From: an uncultured Pirellulales bacterium
Lineage (GTDB): Bacteria; Planctomycetota; Planctomycetia; Pirellulales; UBA1268
Assembly (NCBI GenBank): GCA_965662325.1
Contig: CBFIHW010000001.1
Span: forward strand, 6,204 to 70,203
Reading direction: 5' to 3'
Length of the DNA: 64,000 nt
The notes beneath the pieces are model-generated. The model had not been told where the DNA came from, did not search any database, and saw only the letters and a list, made by a program, of their open reading frames with translations. Position 1 is the stretch's first letter. Every line of letters starts with the position of its first letter. This document shows positions 44,519 through 55,500 of this stretch, one piece after another. The position numbers were made by a program, and so were the translations under genes.

Positions 44519-44847
44519 GGGAATGGAGCAGGAGTGGCCAATAGTGCTGCATATGTCGAATTGTTATTCATCGGAATGTTGTTATACACGGTTCGTGGTT
44601 CTTTTGTTGTTTTTCAAGAGGTCCTCGAAAAGGCTACGTCTGCCATGTGGTGCTCCCAAGGAATCAATATGTTTTTTGCGATTGTGCTGCAACGTATTTG
44701 TTTCGCGGGTCATTGCAATCTGGTGTTTGAGCCGCAGGAGTGAACCCACTACGAGTAGGGGCTTTACTGAATCTCAATGAAGTTGTCTGGTGGGTTGGCT
44801 TTTTATAAATAAACTTTTTTCAAAGACGTCCATCATAGAGTGAGCAA

Positions 44848-45681
44848 ATGAATATTCCCTCGGAAATAATTGCGTTAGAACGGCTGAATGAGTATGGCGA
44901 GTTTGCAGAGGTTGCGGCACGCGCAGGAGGTGACGTGCTTCGCGACTGGCGCGGACGATTTGCTGTTTCAACGAAGGGGCCAAGAGATCTTGTCACTGAG
45001 GCGGATCTTGCTTCTCAGAAAACAATCCGTGAAATTCTTTTGAGTAGATTTCCAGATCATGGCTTCATTGGAGAAGAGGGTGTTCAGGATTCGGCCAATT
45101 CTTCACTGCGTTGGATGGTGGACCCGCTCGACGGTACAAGCAATTACGTTCATGGATTTCCAGCTTATTGTGTTTCAGTCGCGCTGGCCTATCATGATGA
45201 AATTCTAGCTGGAGCGATTTATGATCCGGTTGCAGATGAGTGCTTCACAGCCATTCGTGGTGGTGGAGCTCGACTTGAAAACACGGTTCTCCGAACTTCG
45301 GATCCACTACATCTTTCCGATGCTCTTGTCGCAGTGAGTTTTCCGCCGGACGTAGATTGTGAGTCACTTGCAGTGGCTGACTTCCTCTCGATTGTGCCAC
45401 ATGTCCATTCCGTACGCAGGACTGGTTCCACTGCAATCAATTTGGCGTATTTGGCGGCAGGCAGACTTGATGGCTTCTGGGTGCGTCGAATTGCTTGCTG
45501 GGATGTGGCTGCTGGGTTGTTGATTGCTGCAGAGGCAGGGGCGGTTGTGGTCCCTTGTCGTCACCCAGAAGATTCCTATGAACCTCCGGCTCAGGCAACC
45601 GTTTCGTTGGATCGTCCGGCATTTGTTGCTGCCGCCAATCAACGGGTTGCCACCGGGCTTCATGATCTCCTCACTGGGTAA
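44848..45681 (+). CDS. Inositol monophosphatase family protein (SuhB-like)
   Basis: FIGEEG, WMVDPLDGTSNYVHGFP and WDVAAGLLIAAEAG are present. Confidence 0.85.
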   Translation: MNIPSEIIALERLNEYGEFAEVAARAGGDVLRDWRGRFAVSTKGPRDLVTEADLASQKTIREILLSRFPDHGFIGEEGVQDSANSSLRWMVDPLDGTSNYVHGFPAYCVSVALAYHDEILAGAIYDPVADECFTAIRGGGARLENTVLRTSDPLHLSDALVAVSFPPDVDCESLAVADFLSIVPHVHSVRRTGSTAINLAYLAAGRLDGFWVRRIACWDVAAGLLIAAEAGAVVVPCRHPEDSYEPPAQATVSLDRPAFVAAANQRVATGLHDLLTG

Positions 45682-45922
45682 GAGTGCGCCGACAATAGCG
45701 TTCATGTCACTTATGCATGATTGATAGGCCTTGAACTCCTTGAAAAACGCGGTTTCGCTGGTCTTTGGGGTTCAAGTCGTTGTAGGGTGATAATAGGTAG
45801 AAGTTTGCGCAATCGTTAAAAACTACCATATGAATAGGTGTCTGGAGCATTTGTTTCACTGCACAAAAATGGGAAGTAGCAGGGCCTTGGCCACAGTCAG
45901 ACGAATCACTGAGCGAAATGAC

Positions 45923-48900
45923 ATGTGCACAACTCACTCGCGAGTTGTTGTAAGTCGTTTGCTACTCACGCCGGTGTCCTCCTGCCTGTCTGTGGCCCAG
46001 CAATTTGTTGAGGTTTGTCTTCGTGTTTTTTTAGGGCTTCTGTTATTGGGAGGTTCATGTTTTGGAGAAGAGGCTCCTAGTGAACAGGAGGGGCCTGTGG
46101 CACGAGAAGTGAGACAAGTAGAACCGAGCCTGTATTACGTGGAGGATGACTTAGGTCGTTTGATTCCTGTTCCAGGATTTCGCTATCGAGACTTTGTAGA
46201 CCTTGTCCGGTTGCGAGATGGTTTGCCAGCTCAGGCAGAGACGCCGGGAGTTGTCCTTGAGCAACTGCGAATGAAAGTACTCTTGCCGGCTCCAACCGGG
46301 AGCAACGTTACGCATGCTGACGTTGATGTGGAGTGTGTTGTCCGAAGTACTCGGCAAGGCTGGGGTATGCTGCCACTGAAACTCCCCGAACTTGTTCTTG
46401 CGGAGCCACCCGAAGTTGTTGGGAATGGTGAAGTTGTGGTCACGGTTGATCCATCACCAGGAGATAGCAATACCAACATCTCAGCGAACCAACCATCTCG
46501 TCGACAAGGTGCCTTCGAGTCACCATCCATCTTGGACAAAGGCTTCCTTGTCTGGATTAATGAGCAGAATGAAGGGCAGGAGATTGACCCAGTGAAGAGC
46601 CGCGAAGGTGGAAGGCCTCATACGATTGTGCTGAAAGGTCAGATTCCGGTGGACGTGTCGCTGGATCGTGATCAAATGAGATTTACTTTACCAGCTGCTA
46701 CAGATTCAAAAATAACCATAGAAACGCAGCGACGCGGTCCTCTGGTCAAAATCAATGCTGGTGTTCTCACGCCTACCATACAACTGATCGACGGTGAGGA
46801 CGATACAGCAGGTAGCGTCGTAGAGATTCGTGGTGCGGTAGGGCCGACACGACTCCAGTTAGAGGAGCCTCTCATAGGAAATGCTCCTGTTCGGCAGATT
46901 GCTGAGTCCAAAGTTGAAAGTGTTGTTCGGGTAGATGGTCGATTGGCAAAGATAGAAGCCGAATTTACTCTAACGAATCTTGCCAAAAATGACGGTCTTT
47001 TTACTGTTCGGCTACCATCACGTTCAGTTGTTCGTTCAGTGGGAAGTGCCGCAAAAATACTCAGCCGTGGTGGCTCTCCTTCAAGGCCTCAAGTTGTCGT
47101 TCGGGTTGATACAACGAAAGATGGGAATGCTTCTTTTAAGCTTGTTTGTGAGCGAGCAATCGATACTTCGAGCGACGGTCCAATCGATGTTGGTGGTTTT
47201 TCTATTGACGAAATTCCACTATGGCGGCAATGGGGTCAGGTGAGTGTCTTTACTGATGAAGACTGGACTGTCGAGTGGGAGCCTCGATCCGGGAATAGAC
47301 AAATTGATGCAACCGCAACTCTTTCACAGGAAGGGTTTGTCGCGGCATTTGCGTTTGACTCGCAGCCTATGGCACTGCCGTTAGAGGTGCTTCCGCGGAG
47401 AAGTCAATTAGTAGTGGAACCGGAATATATCTTCCACGTCACCAGAAACAGGTTGGAGCTATCGATTCGTTTGCAAGCTGTGGTTCGTGGTGTTGCAGCA
47501 AAGAAACTTGATATCTTGGCACCGGGTTGGAACATAGAGGGAGTTGGTCCCCCAGGTGTTGTTGATAGTGCATCTGTGTCAGAGTCTTCGGGGGTGGTTA
47601 CTGTTCCATTTCTTAAGCCAATAGCCGGAGAGGTAGTGGTTGAACTGCAATGTAGCCGGCCACTCGATCCGGCTAGTGAGGAGGTGCAGTGGACCACACC
47701 TGTTCCAAAAGCTGATCTTGTTGGTCCTGCTAGTGTAGGAATTACTTCCGAAAGTGATATTGAAATCGTTCCAGATACGGAACGAATTGTAGGTATGAGT
47801 CGACAAGTTTTGTCACAGTTGAATAGCCCATCTGTTGATTTGTCGAGAATGTCGTATCGAGTTCAGGCCGATAAGGCGACTTTTGTGGCGACACGTCGTA
47901 TTCTTGATCAACAGATTGATGCCTCAATTACAGCACAAGTGGATGTCGGTTTGCGTCAGGTGGTTGTCCAACAGGCAACCCGTATAAACGTAGCTCATGT
48001 CCCGCTTCAATTCATTGAGTGGATGGTGCCTCAAAGTGTGGTTGAGACGGGTAGCATCGAGGCTCGCTTCAATGGCGAGTTATTGACCCCGGAAGTTATT
48101 AGTAGATCATCTGGAATCGATGATTTGGGTGGAGACGAATTGATCAATAATGAACCGGGAGCAGGTGCTGAAAGCGATACCGCTGAGCGTTCTTGGCGTA
48201 TTGTTCGGGTCCTATTACCCAATCCATTATTCGGGACTGCTGAACTTGTGACGCGGTATAGTCGACTCATACCGGAAATACCAGAAGAGGCAACAGTTCC
48301 GGTATCCATTCCTCTCCTGCTCCCAAAGGGTGCGGTTGTTGGTCGTCAATCAGTGACTCTTTCTTCTATCGAGGAATTGAATGTCGACGTTCGCGACGAC
48401 CGATGGAATCGAGAAGGGAATCTTCAAACAATTGGGCTCGGTAGAACATGGAACGCGTCGCAGGGGCAAGCAGCAATCGATATAGCAGTAAGCCAGAGTC
48501 AGAGGACTTCGCTTGGTGAAACTGTTGTAGAGGCGACCTGGGTGCGGACGACACTTCGGGGCCCAATGAGGACTGATCAATGGGCGCTTGCTGTGACAAG
48601 TTCCTCTGATGCTTTGACACTTACCCTGCCAGTTTTAACGGAAGATGAAAATGGTGATGTGCTGGGTAATCGAATAGCGAGAGCCAGGGTTAATAATTCA
48701 CCGTGGAGTACCGCGGACGAGGCTACAGGACGAGTCAATCTCGACTTAGGTCAAACGAGAGGAACTCATCTTGTTGAAGTAGAAGTGCGTCAACCACGAA
48801 AAGAGAGTTTATTGAACGGGGCGATCAAAGGGCTCGGTTGGGTCAACTTCCAGAGTTCTGTGATGCCATCATCCTCGCTGTATAGCCGTGTTGTCTGGGA

Positions 48901-49564
48901 AATCTTAGTACCTGATGGGTCCGAACTTCTGTGGGGCCCCCGAGGGTGGACAAGCCAACAAGTCTGGGACTGGAGTAGTCGAGGTTTGAATCAAAAGCCG
49001 GCGGTTTCAGTACAAGACTTGGCATCATGGGTAACTGCGGCTGCAAATCCACAGTCGAATATGCAGGGAAGACTAGGGTCGGGTTGGCTTTCTGTACCAA
49101 GAGATTTTATTGAACACAGGCGGGTGTTCTGTGATATGGGGAGTCCGGCTGATGTGGGTGTTTTTCTTTTCCCGCGGTGGTTACTTGTGCTCATTGCAAG
49201 TGGAATTCCACTTGCCGTCGGTGTGGTGTTAACTTTCCTTCCCAGATTGATAAAAGTGGTTTTGGTCGTAGCGTCTGTCATGTTCATTGGCGGCATGGCA
49301 ATAGGGCCAACAGTTACACTTTGCGTCCTGAAAGCTGGCTTGCCGGGTCTTGCACTTGCTGTACCCGCGGGCGTCACTAGTTGGTGGCGTCTTCTGCTCA
49401 AGAGTCGTACACAAGGTACGTATGAGCCGGAGTCATGGGAGATGGAGCATTTGGGTTCGAAGAAAGTATCCCTTCAAGAGTCACTCGTTATCAATATGAA
49501 GCCATCTACTGCGCAGACGGTTGTTCCTGCTGCGTCGTCTCAGTCAAGAGCTGAAACGGAGTAG
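45923..49564 (+). CDS. Giant envelope protein A (about 1,210-1,244 aa): signal/anchor, large non-repetitive domain, C-terminal cluster of about 3 TM helices
   Basis: The ORF is uninterrupted. The N-terminal hydrophobic stretch is CLRVFLGLLLLGGSCFG. The C-terminal hydrophobic cluster lies at 49163-49390. I recognise no catalytic motif. The start is uncertain (45830, 45923 or an internal GTG/TTG). Confidence 0.65.
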   Translation: MCTTHSRVVVSRLLLTPVSSCLSVAQQFVEVCLRVFLGLLLLGGSCFGEEAPSEQEGPVAREVRQVEPSLYYVEDDLGRLIPVPGFRYRDFVDLVRLRDGLPAQAETPGVVLEQLRMKVLLPAPTGSNVTHADVDVECVVRSTRQGWGMLPLKLPELVLAEPPEVVGNGEVVVTVDPSPGDSNTNISANQPSRRQGAFESPSILDKGFLVWINEQNEGQEIDPVKSREGGRPHTIVLKGQIPVDVSLDRDQMRFTLPAATDSKITIETQRRGPLVKINAGVLTPTIQLIDGEDDTAGSVVEIRGAVGPTRLQLEEPLIGNAPVRQIAESKVESVVRVDGRLAKIEAEFTLTNLAKNDGLFTVRLPSRSVVRSVGSAAKILSRGGSPSRPQVVVRVDTTKDGNASFKLVCERAIDTSSDGPIDVGGFSIDEIPLWRQWGQVSVFTDEDWTVEWEPRSGNRQIDATATLSQEGFVAAFAFDSQPMALPLEVLPRRSQLVVEPEYIFHVTRNRLELSIRLQAVVRGVAAKKLDILAPGWNIEGVGPPGVVDSASVSESSGVVTVPFLKPIAGEVVVELQCSRPLDPASEEVQWTTPVPKADLVGPASVGITSESDIEIVPDTERIVGMSRQVLSQLNSPSVDLSRMSYRVQADKATFVATRRILDQQIDASITAQVDVGLRQVVVQQATRINVAHVPLQFIEWMVPQSVVETGSIEARFNGELLTPEVISRSSGIDDLGGDELINNEPGAGAESDTAERSWRIVRVLLPNPLFGTAELVTRYSRLIPEIPEEATVPVSIPLLLPKGAVVGRQSVTLSSIEELNVDVRDDRWNREGNLQTIGLGRTWNASQGQAAIDIAVSQSQRTSLGETVVEATWVRTTLRGPMRTDQWALAVTSSSDALTLTLPVLTEDENGDVLGNRIARARVNNSPWSTADEATGRVNLDLGQTRGTHLVEVEVRQPRKESLLNGAIKGLGWVNFQSSVMPSSSLYSRVVWEILVPDGSELLWGPRGWTSQQVWDWSSRGLNQKPAVSVQDLASWVTAAANPQSNMQGRLGSGWLSVPRDFIEHRRVFCDMGSPADVGVFLFPRWLLVLIASGIPLAVGVVLTFLPRLIKVVLVVASVMFIGGMAIGPTVTLCVLKAGLPGLALAVPAGVTSWWRLLLKSRTQGTYEPESWEMEHLGSKKVSLQESLVINMKPSTAQTVVPAASSQSRAETE

Positions 49565-52500
49565 TGGTGCATATGTACAAAAAATTTTGTTTTCACAAAC
49601 CTTTTCGGCGACTACTTCTCGTAGCACTTATTCTGGTTCTTTGCAGATACGGTGTGAGACAAGACAATTTTTTATATGGAGCAGATGTCGATGAAGCCAA
49701 AGCAGGTGCTGTTGTCCAAGTTGAACCTGGCAGTATGTCCTTCTCTCGCGTGTACGTGCCTCCCGGCCGTCTTTCCGATGTCATTCGTGATAAGGAACGC
49801 TACATCCCGATGGCTGTCGATGAATTTGATAAGGTTGTGCAGCGGCTGTTGCCACCTGATACGAACCGTGCTTTTGATGGACCACGCCCGATTGCCGAAT
49901 ACGTCCTCTATGAAATGAAACTCGATGAATCGGGAGCGCTTCTTGGAGATGTTTCTGTACGGTTGCCGAATCTAGGTCGAGAAATTGAGGTTTTTCCAGG
50001 AGAGACACGCTTTCAAAATAGCCGTTGGCTAGATGAAGAAGGTGCGGCCTCACAACCAATTGATTGGTTACAGGAAAGTGTGGAATTACAGCCGCTAGAT
50101 AGATTATTGAAGCCGGATGGGGTGCAAGTTGATTTGTTCGGAAAGCCGAATGGCTCGATAGATTTTCAGGTACCTGGTGCAGGTACGTTCATTGCAAATC
50201 TTCGGGTGCTGCCTGTACGTACAGATCGCTCACTCAATCGAGGACTTTCCCTGGGTGTGGGCCAATCCAGCTTTTTATTCCCACGTGTCCCCTCCCTGTC
50301 GACAACACTCGTTCTCGATCTTCCAGGAACTCTTGTGCCGATGATTGTAGGTAACGTGCCGATCACAGATAGAACTGATGATAATGAATTGGCCTCTGAG
50401 GAATATTATCGTTGGCGATATGAATTTGGACCGAGACGGTTGCTTAATGTGACACTTTCTCCTCGACGTACAAGTCGTTGTTCGGTTTGGTCTAGTGTCT
50501 TTGTTGGAGAAAGAACTGTAGAGATTGGGACAGTTCTTCTTCCCGAAACAGTTTGGTCGGAAAGATCTTTACGACTCAAGATTGGTAAACAAGTCACAAT
50601 GATTAGCGCTCAGGCTTGTGGTGACGGGCCAAATCAAATGAGCAGATCTTATAAAATGGAGGTTCGTCATGAATCGAACGATACGATTAGTCTCCAATTG
50701 CCGGCAACCTTTGTTGGAACTAATGCACGCATTCTGCTTCGAAGTGTCATCTCAAGCATTCACCAGAAGAAGTCGAGTTTGCAACTTCCTGGTGTGGCGA
50801 TTGATCCAGAGCTTTGGGTTGGTGGTGGGTTTTTCATAGATGTAGAAAATTCCCTTCAATTATCTGATGTGGTGGCGGAAAATTGTCTTGCAATTGCGCC
50901 CGAAAAAGCAGTGGAATGGCCGAAGGTAGACAGTTTCAAAACCGGTTCACTGGACGGCTTAGCGAGTCAATTTAGCGAGCCGGGGTTTGTGTTTGAGCAA
51001 CAAGATGCAGGTGGTTCGTGTGGCGTTTCAGTTGTGAAAAGGCAGCCGGATTTTGATGTTGCTCGAGTAACGACAGTAGATGTTTCTTCTGCGTCACTGA
51101 TCGGACGTGCTGCCTGTGATATTCATGTCCGTCGTGGCAGCGTGCACAGTATTGTCGGACGTATTAGCAAGGAATGGTTTATCGATTCAGTTGAGCCACT
51201 TATCGCTGGAGATGTGTTGGCCGAGGGTGGCGCGGCAACAGAACAAGTCATTCCTGATCGTGTACAGCGTGATGTCGGTAAAGTGCTGGGGGTGCCATAT
51301 GAGTGGAAAGTAGTGCGAGGCAAGAACGAAGATCAGCTCATGCTCGATTTGCCAAGGGCTATTCATAAGGGAGAGAGCCTTCGGATTAAAATAACGGGAC
51401 ATCGTCGTGGTGTGCCTGCGGGTGGACAGATTCGCTCTACAGACGCCGAGATGGTTCAACTTGTCGGTGAAATTTCTGGTCAGGCTTGGATTGACTTGCG
51501 GACGAGCCCAGAGACCACATTAGTAAAGATTAAGGGGCCAGAAAATGAGGCATTATTCGAACCACGATTAACACTACTTACTGAACAAGGTGTTTGGCGG
51601 CAACGTGTGCCTGTAGGTCGGCTTGCTTCTCCGAAGGTGTTCCGGTTTCTTCGTAGAAGACCCCCTCTTGAGGTTCTTGCCCGTTCGCAGTTCACAGTTC
51701 GTGGAGATCAACTTAGTGAAACCTATAGTTTTTTGTGTCAGGCATTTCAGGGCGAACTCGATGCCGTCACGGTGCACTTTTCAGAACCGGTCGGAAATCT
51801 TGATTGGTCAGTTCTTTCTGATAGTGAGACAACCACTATTGCTCGTCGTCTCAATACCACCGAGTCAAATGTTGGTGCAGAGTCGAACAGCCTAAAAAGG
51901 TCTGTGAAAGAGTCCTGGTTGGTCGAATTGAATCCTCCGGTAACAGGGGCAGTAACTCTCCGAGCAACTGGAAAACAAGAATTTATAGAACAGACTGCCC
52001 TTCCTCTGGTGTGGGTTGAATCAGCAGTTGCGCCACAGGGTCGAATTAGTATTCAGTCTACCCGCGCAAGCCGCCCCTCAGTACTCAATCATCGACTTGT
52101 TCAACTGCCACCTTTGGCAGATCAGTTACCGTTGCCAATTCAGTCAGTAGTGGAGTTGCTATACGATGCATCGGCATTGGCCCAAACGGGCCCTTCCGTA
52201 GAAATACTACCAGTTCCTGATAGCGTTCAGTCTTTTGCCCGCGCTTGGGTTTGGAAAGAGAGTTCGCGGGTGCGATGTTATACATCTGCAAATGCGGAGT
52301 ATGAGACAACGTTTATAATTGAAAATGATGGCAGGCAAAGTGTTACTGTGAGTTTGCCAGAAGGCCATCGCCTAATTGGGCTAGAGGTTCAGGGTGAATC
52401 TATACCGTTACAGTCATCAAACGTAAGAGAGTTTCCTGTCTATCTGCCAAGTGGTCGTCAGCGAGTTTTTGTAACCGTGCATACAGCTGTTGCGGCCGAA

Positions 52501-55500
52501 TTTCTGCGAGGAATTTGGAAGCTGTCCTCAGTTGTACCAGCGGTTGATGCCCCCACACTTACTCGGGAAATGCAACTTGCTCTCCCAAAGAATATACGGT
52601 TGGTTGGAGTGCCGTCCGGATACACAGAAATTTTTCAGCAGGATACTGACTGGATCGAAAGGCTTTCTGGACTGTCTCAACGAGAGTCATGGTTTGCAAA
52701 TACGAGTCCCAATGCTGCTTTGTCTACGTTCAACTCGCGATGGTTTGTTCCAACAAGTGGACGATACAGGCCGAGATTCTTTCTCCTGGTTAACCGATGG
52801 TTGTTGGCTGTGTCAGCTCTTAGTGTTGCTGCAGCCGCAACGTTGTTGTCATTGTCTTTTTTCTGGAGGAGTGCATGGTTATTAGTTGCCAGTGTTGTGG
52901 TTGCTTCAGTAGCTGCGTTGTGGGTGCCCCCACCCTTTGATCTGATAGCTCGTGCAAGCTTGTGGGGAATTCTTGCTGCTGCTGGTTTTCGTGTCTGGAT
53001 ATATGGGCGTGCGAAGAAGCAAATATCTTTTGTGTTTCTTGTATGTATGTCCTCAGGAGTTTGTTCCTATGGGAGTGAGATACCTATGCAGGTGTTTCTA
53101 ACCCCAGTTGATGGAGAAACAACGGCTCTGGTTCCGGAGCCACTGTACAAAGTGTTAGTAGGAACGAATGCAGCCCAGTCGTCTAAAGTGCGTATTTTGA
53201 ACTCACGAATTGAGTTGCCATCGGCTCCTAGTTCGGCTACCCAGAACAATGATGAAATTTGGCATCTCAAGCTCTTGGTGCAAACTGATTCAGCTGACGT
53301 GCTTTTGCTTGATCAGTCAGCTGCAGGAAGCCGTTTTAGTGATGAGCCGTTTCTTCTTGATGGCGGGTCGTTAAGTGTGTCGTTGTCTGCGGACCGTCAT
53401 CAGGCACAGCTATCACTTCCAGCTGGAGGAAGGCATAGCCTTATTATTCCATTGGAGCCTGTAAGAACACGAACGGGTGATATAGAGGTTCATGAGATCT
53501 GCCTCCCGAGGTCTCCCCAGACCGTGGTCGCTGTGATGCCTCAGGACGAAATGGCTAATTCACGTGACGTGCGTAGAAAAATTCAGTGCGAATGGTCGAT
53601 TGGGCAGGGGATTTTTCAGCCAGCGCAAGAGGTTGTGTCTCTTGATTCACGGCTGCAGAGGTTCAGGGTTCCGCCTGCCGACCGTCTGCGAGTTATTAAC
53701 ACTTTGGATAGTAAAGAAACTTTAACAACAGTCGTTCATGAAGCGGAAAGTAGAAATGAGATCTCATGGACACCAAACGGCATCATTCTGATGGCGGAAT
53801 TTAGGATTACTGGTGGTGATGCAATACTGCCGTCATTCTGGATTCAGGCAGACCCTCGCCTTGTTCTCAATCAAGGCCAAGACAATGAAAATGCATTTGG
53901 TATGAGAGGTGAATTTGAGATTCACTCATTAGGGCAAGGCATCTACAGAGTCGATCGTACCGAGCCCAACAGAGAGAAGATAGCGTTTCAGGTGTCATTT
54001 CGTATGCCATTGATAAATCATATTGGAAAATATGAGTTGCCGTATGCGTGGGTCCGCGGAGTTGAACGCGACACTCGTGAGTCAATATTGGCTGGTAGCT
54101 CAGGTCTTTCATGCAACGTACAGTTTCCTGAGGCAGTAGCTCCTCCACAGGTGAATGAAGTTGGGGACGGGACGTTGCAATGGGTTACCGAACTTATCGA
54201 AAGTGTTGATGATTCGTTGCCTGAAAGTAGTTTCACAGATTTTTCTAAAGATGGGTTCGATGCAAGTCGTCAGCCCTTTGTCTTGCAGAGACAGGCGGCA
54301 TACGTAGAGGTGAATCGCGAGCAAACACCTCTACGTGGGACACAGCAAATGGAAATCGTAGACGGTGTAGATAAGAATCACCTAGTTTATGAAGCCACAA
54401 TTGATTCAAGTCAGACAGCTTGGATCAAGGATCGCGTCAGTATTCCCGCGGGTTATCGGCTTGAGTCCTGTCAAGTATTTGAGAAAAAAAGTGTAACCAC
54501 CAGCCTTCAGAACGAACGGCCGCTCGACATCTTTTTGCAGAAAGAAAAGCAAGGGGTTTATGGGGTGCTTCTTCAGCAGCCCCGTCCGGGCATTTTTACT
54601 TTACGAGTTCAGGCAACCAGTAATGCTCATCTTCCAGGGAAAGGGGTTTTGCCTCTCGTGCGGTCGTTTTCCGCCATTAAATTTCCCTATTCATTGATCT
54701 GGAGAGGTGTTGGCCGGCGAAGCAATATTACGATTCTTGGTGATCAGCAAAGTTCAGAACAAAATATGGTTCATGAAAGTCTGGCCGATGACAGTAGTCT
54801 TGGTCTGCTTGCGATGCGACTTTCTGATGAAAATCAGAGAAATGTTTGGCGTGTTGAACTGCCATCGAACGATGAAATGTGGTCATATCAGAGTGAGATA
54901 AAGCCGCAACGCGAACTGGTGGATCGTCCGGATTCGGTACTGGCTAGTACCGATGTTGGTCCGATGGCGATAGTCGATTCTTCTCTTGCTGTGCCGCTCA
55001 TTGACGTCGAAGTGGTTGTTGATGAGCGTGGTCGGATTTCAGGTATTTGTTGTATTGAATTACCAATGACGGGCCCCGAAGTGCGGATTCGAGTACCGGC
55101 AGGATTTCGGGTTTATGAAACGTTGCTAGATGGTCAGCAGATTCAGGCCCAAACACCTCGTCGTGACAGTCCATCTGAAGTGTGGTCTGTTCCCATACGG
55201 ACAGGTTCCTGGCCACACGAACTGGTCTTTATATTCGTTGGAGAATTCGAGGCGACAACCATGCAAGGGGAGCCAGTGTCATTGGCTTTGCCCAGCGTTG
55301 TTGGAATGCCGGTTGAGCGAGTTTTGTGGACAATTAATCATCCCATAAACCGGGTGGTCCGTTTTGCCGGGCGTGGAGACGTATTAAATGAGTATGAATC
55401 ACGTGAGATAAGGATGAACGTACAAACAGAAATTGACGATCTCATCGCCACTATTTCACCTGCACTACCCAAGGAAGTGGGTGTGCGATTGCACGAGTTG

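Noticed and set aside
45775-45800. A sigma-54-like GG...TTGC element (aGGtagaagtTTGCg) upstream of giant ORF A.
   Set aside because: The spacing between GG and GC is 9 nt instead of 10, and the -24 region lacks the TGGCAC context. It is not convincing.
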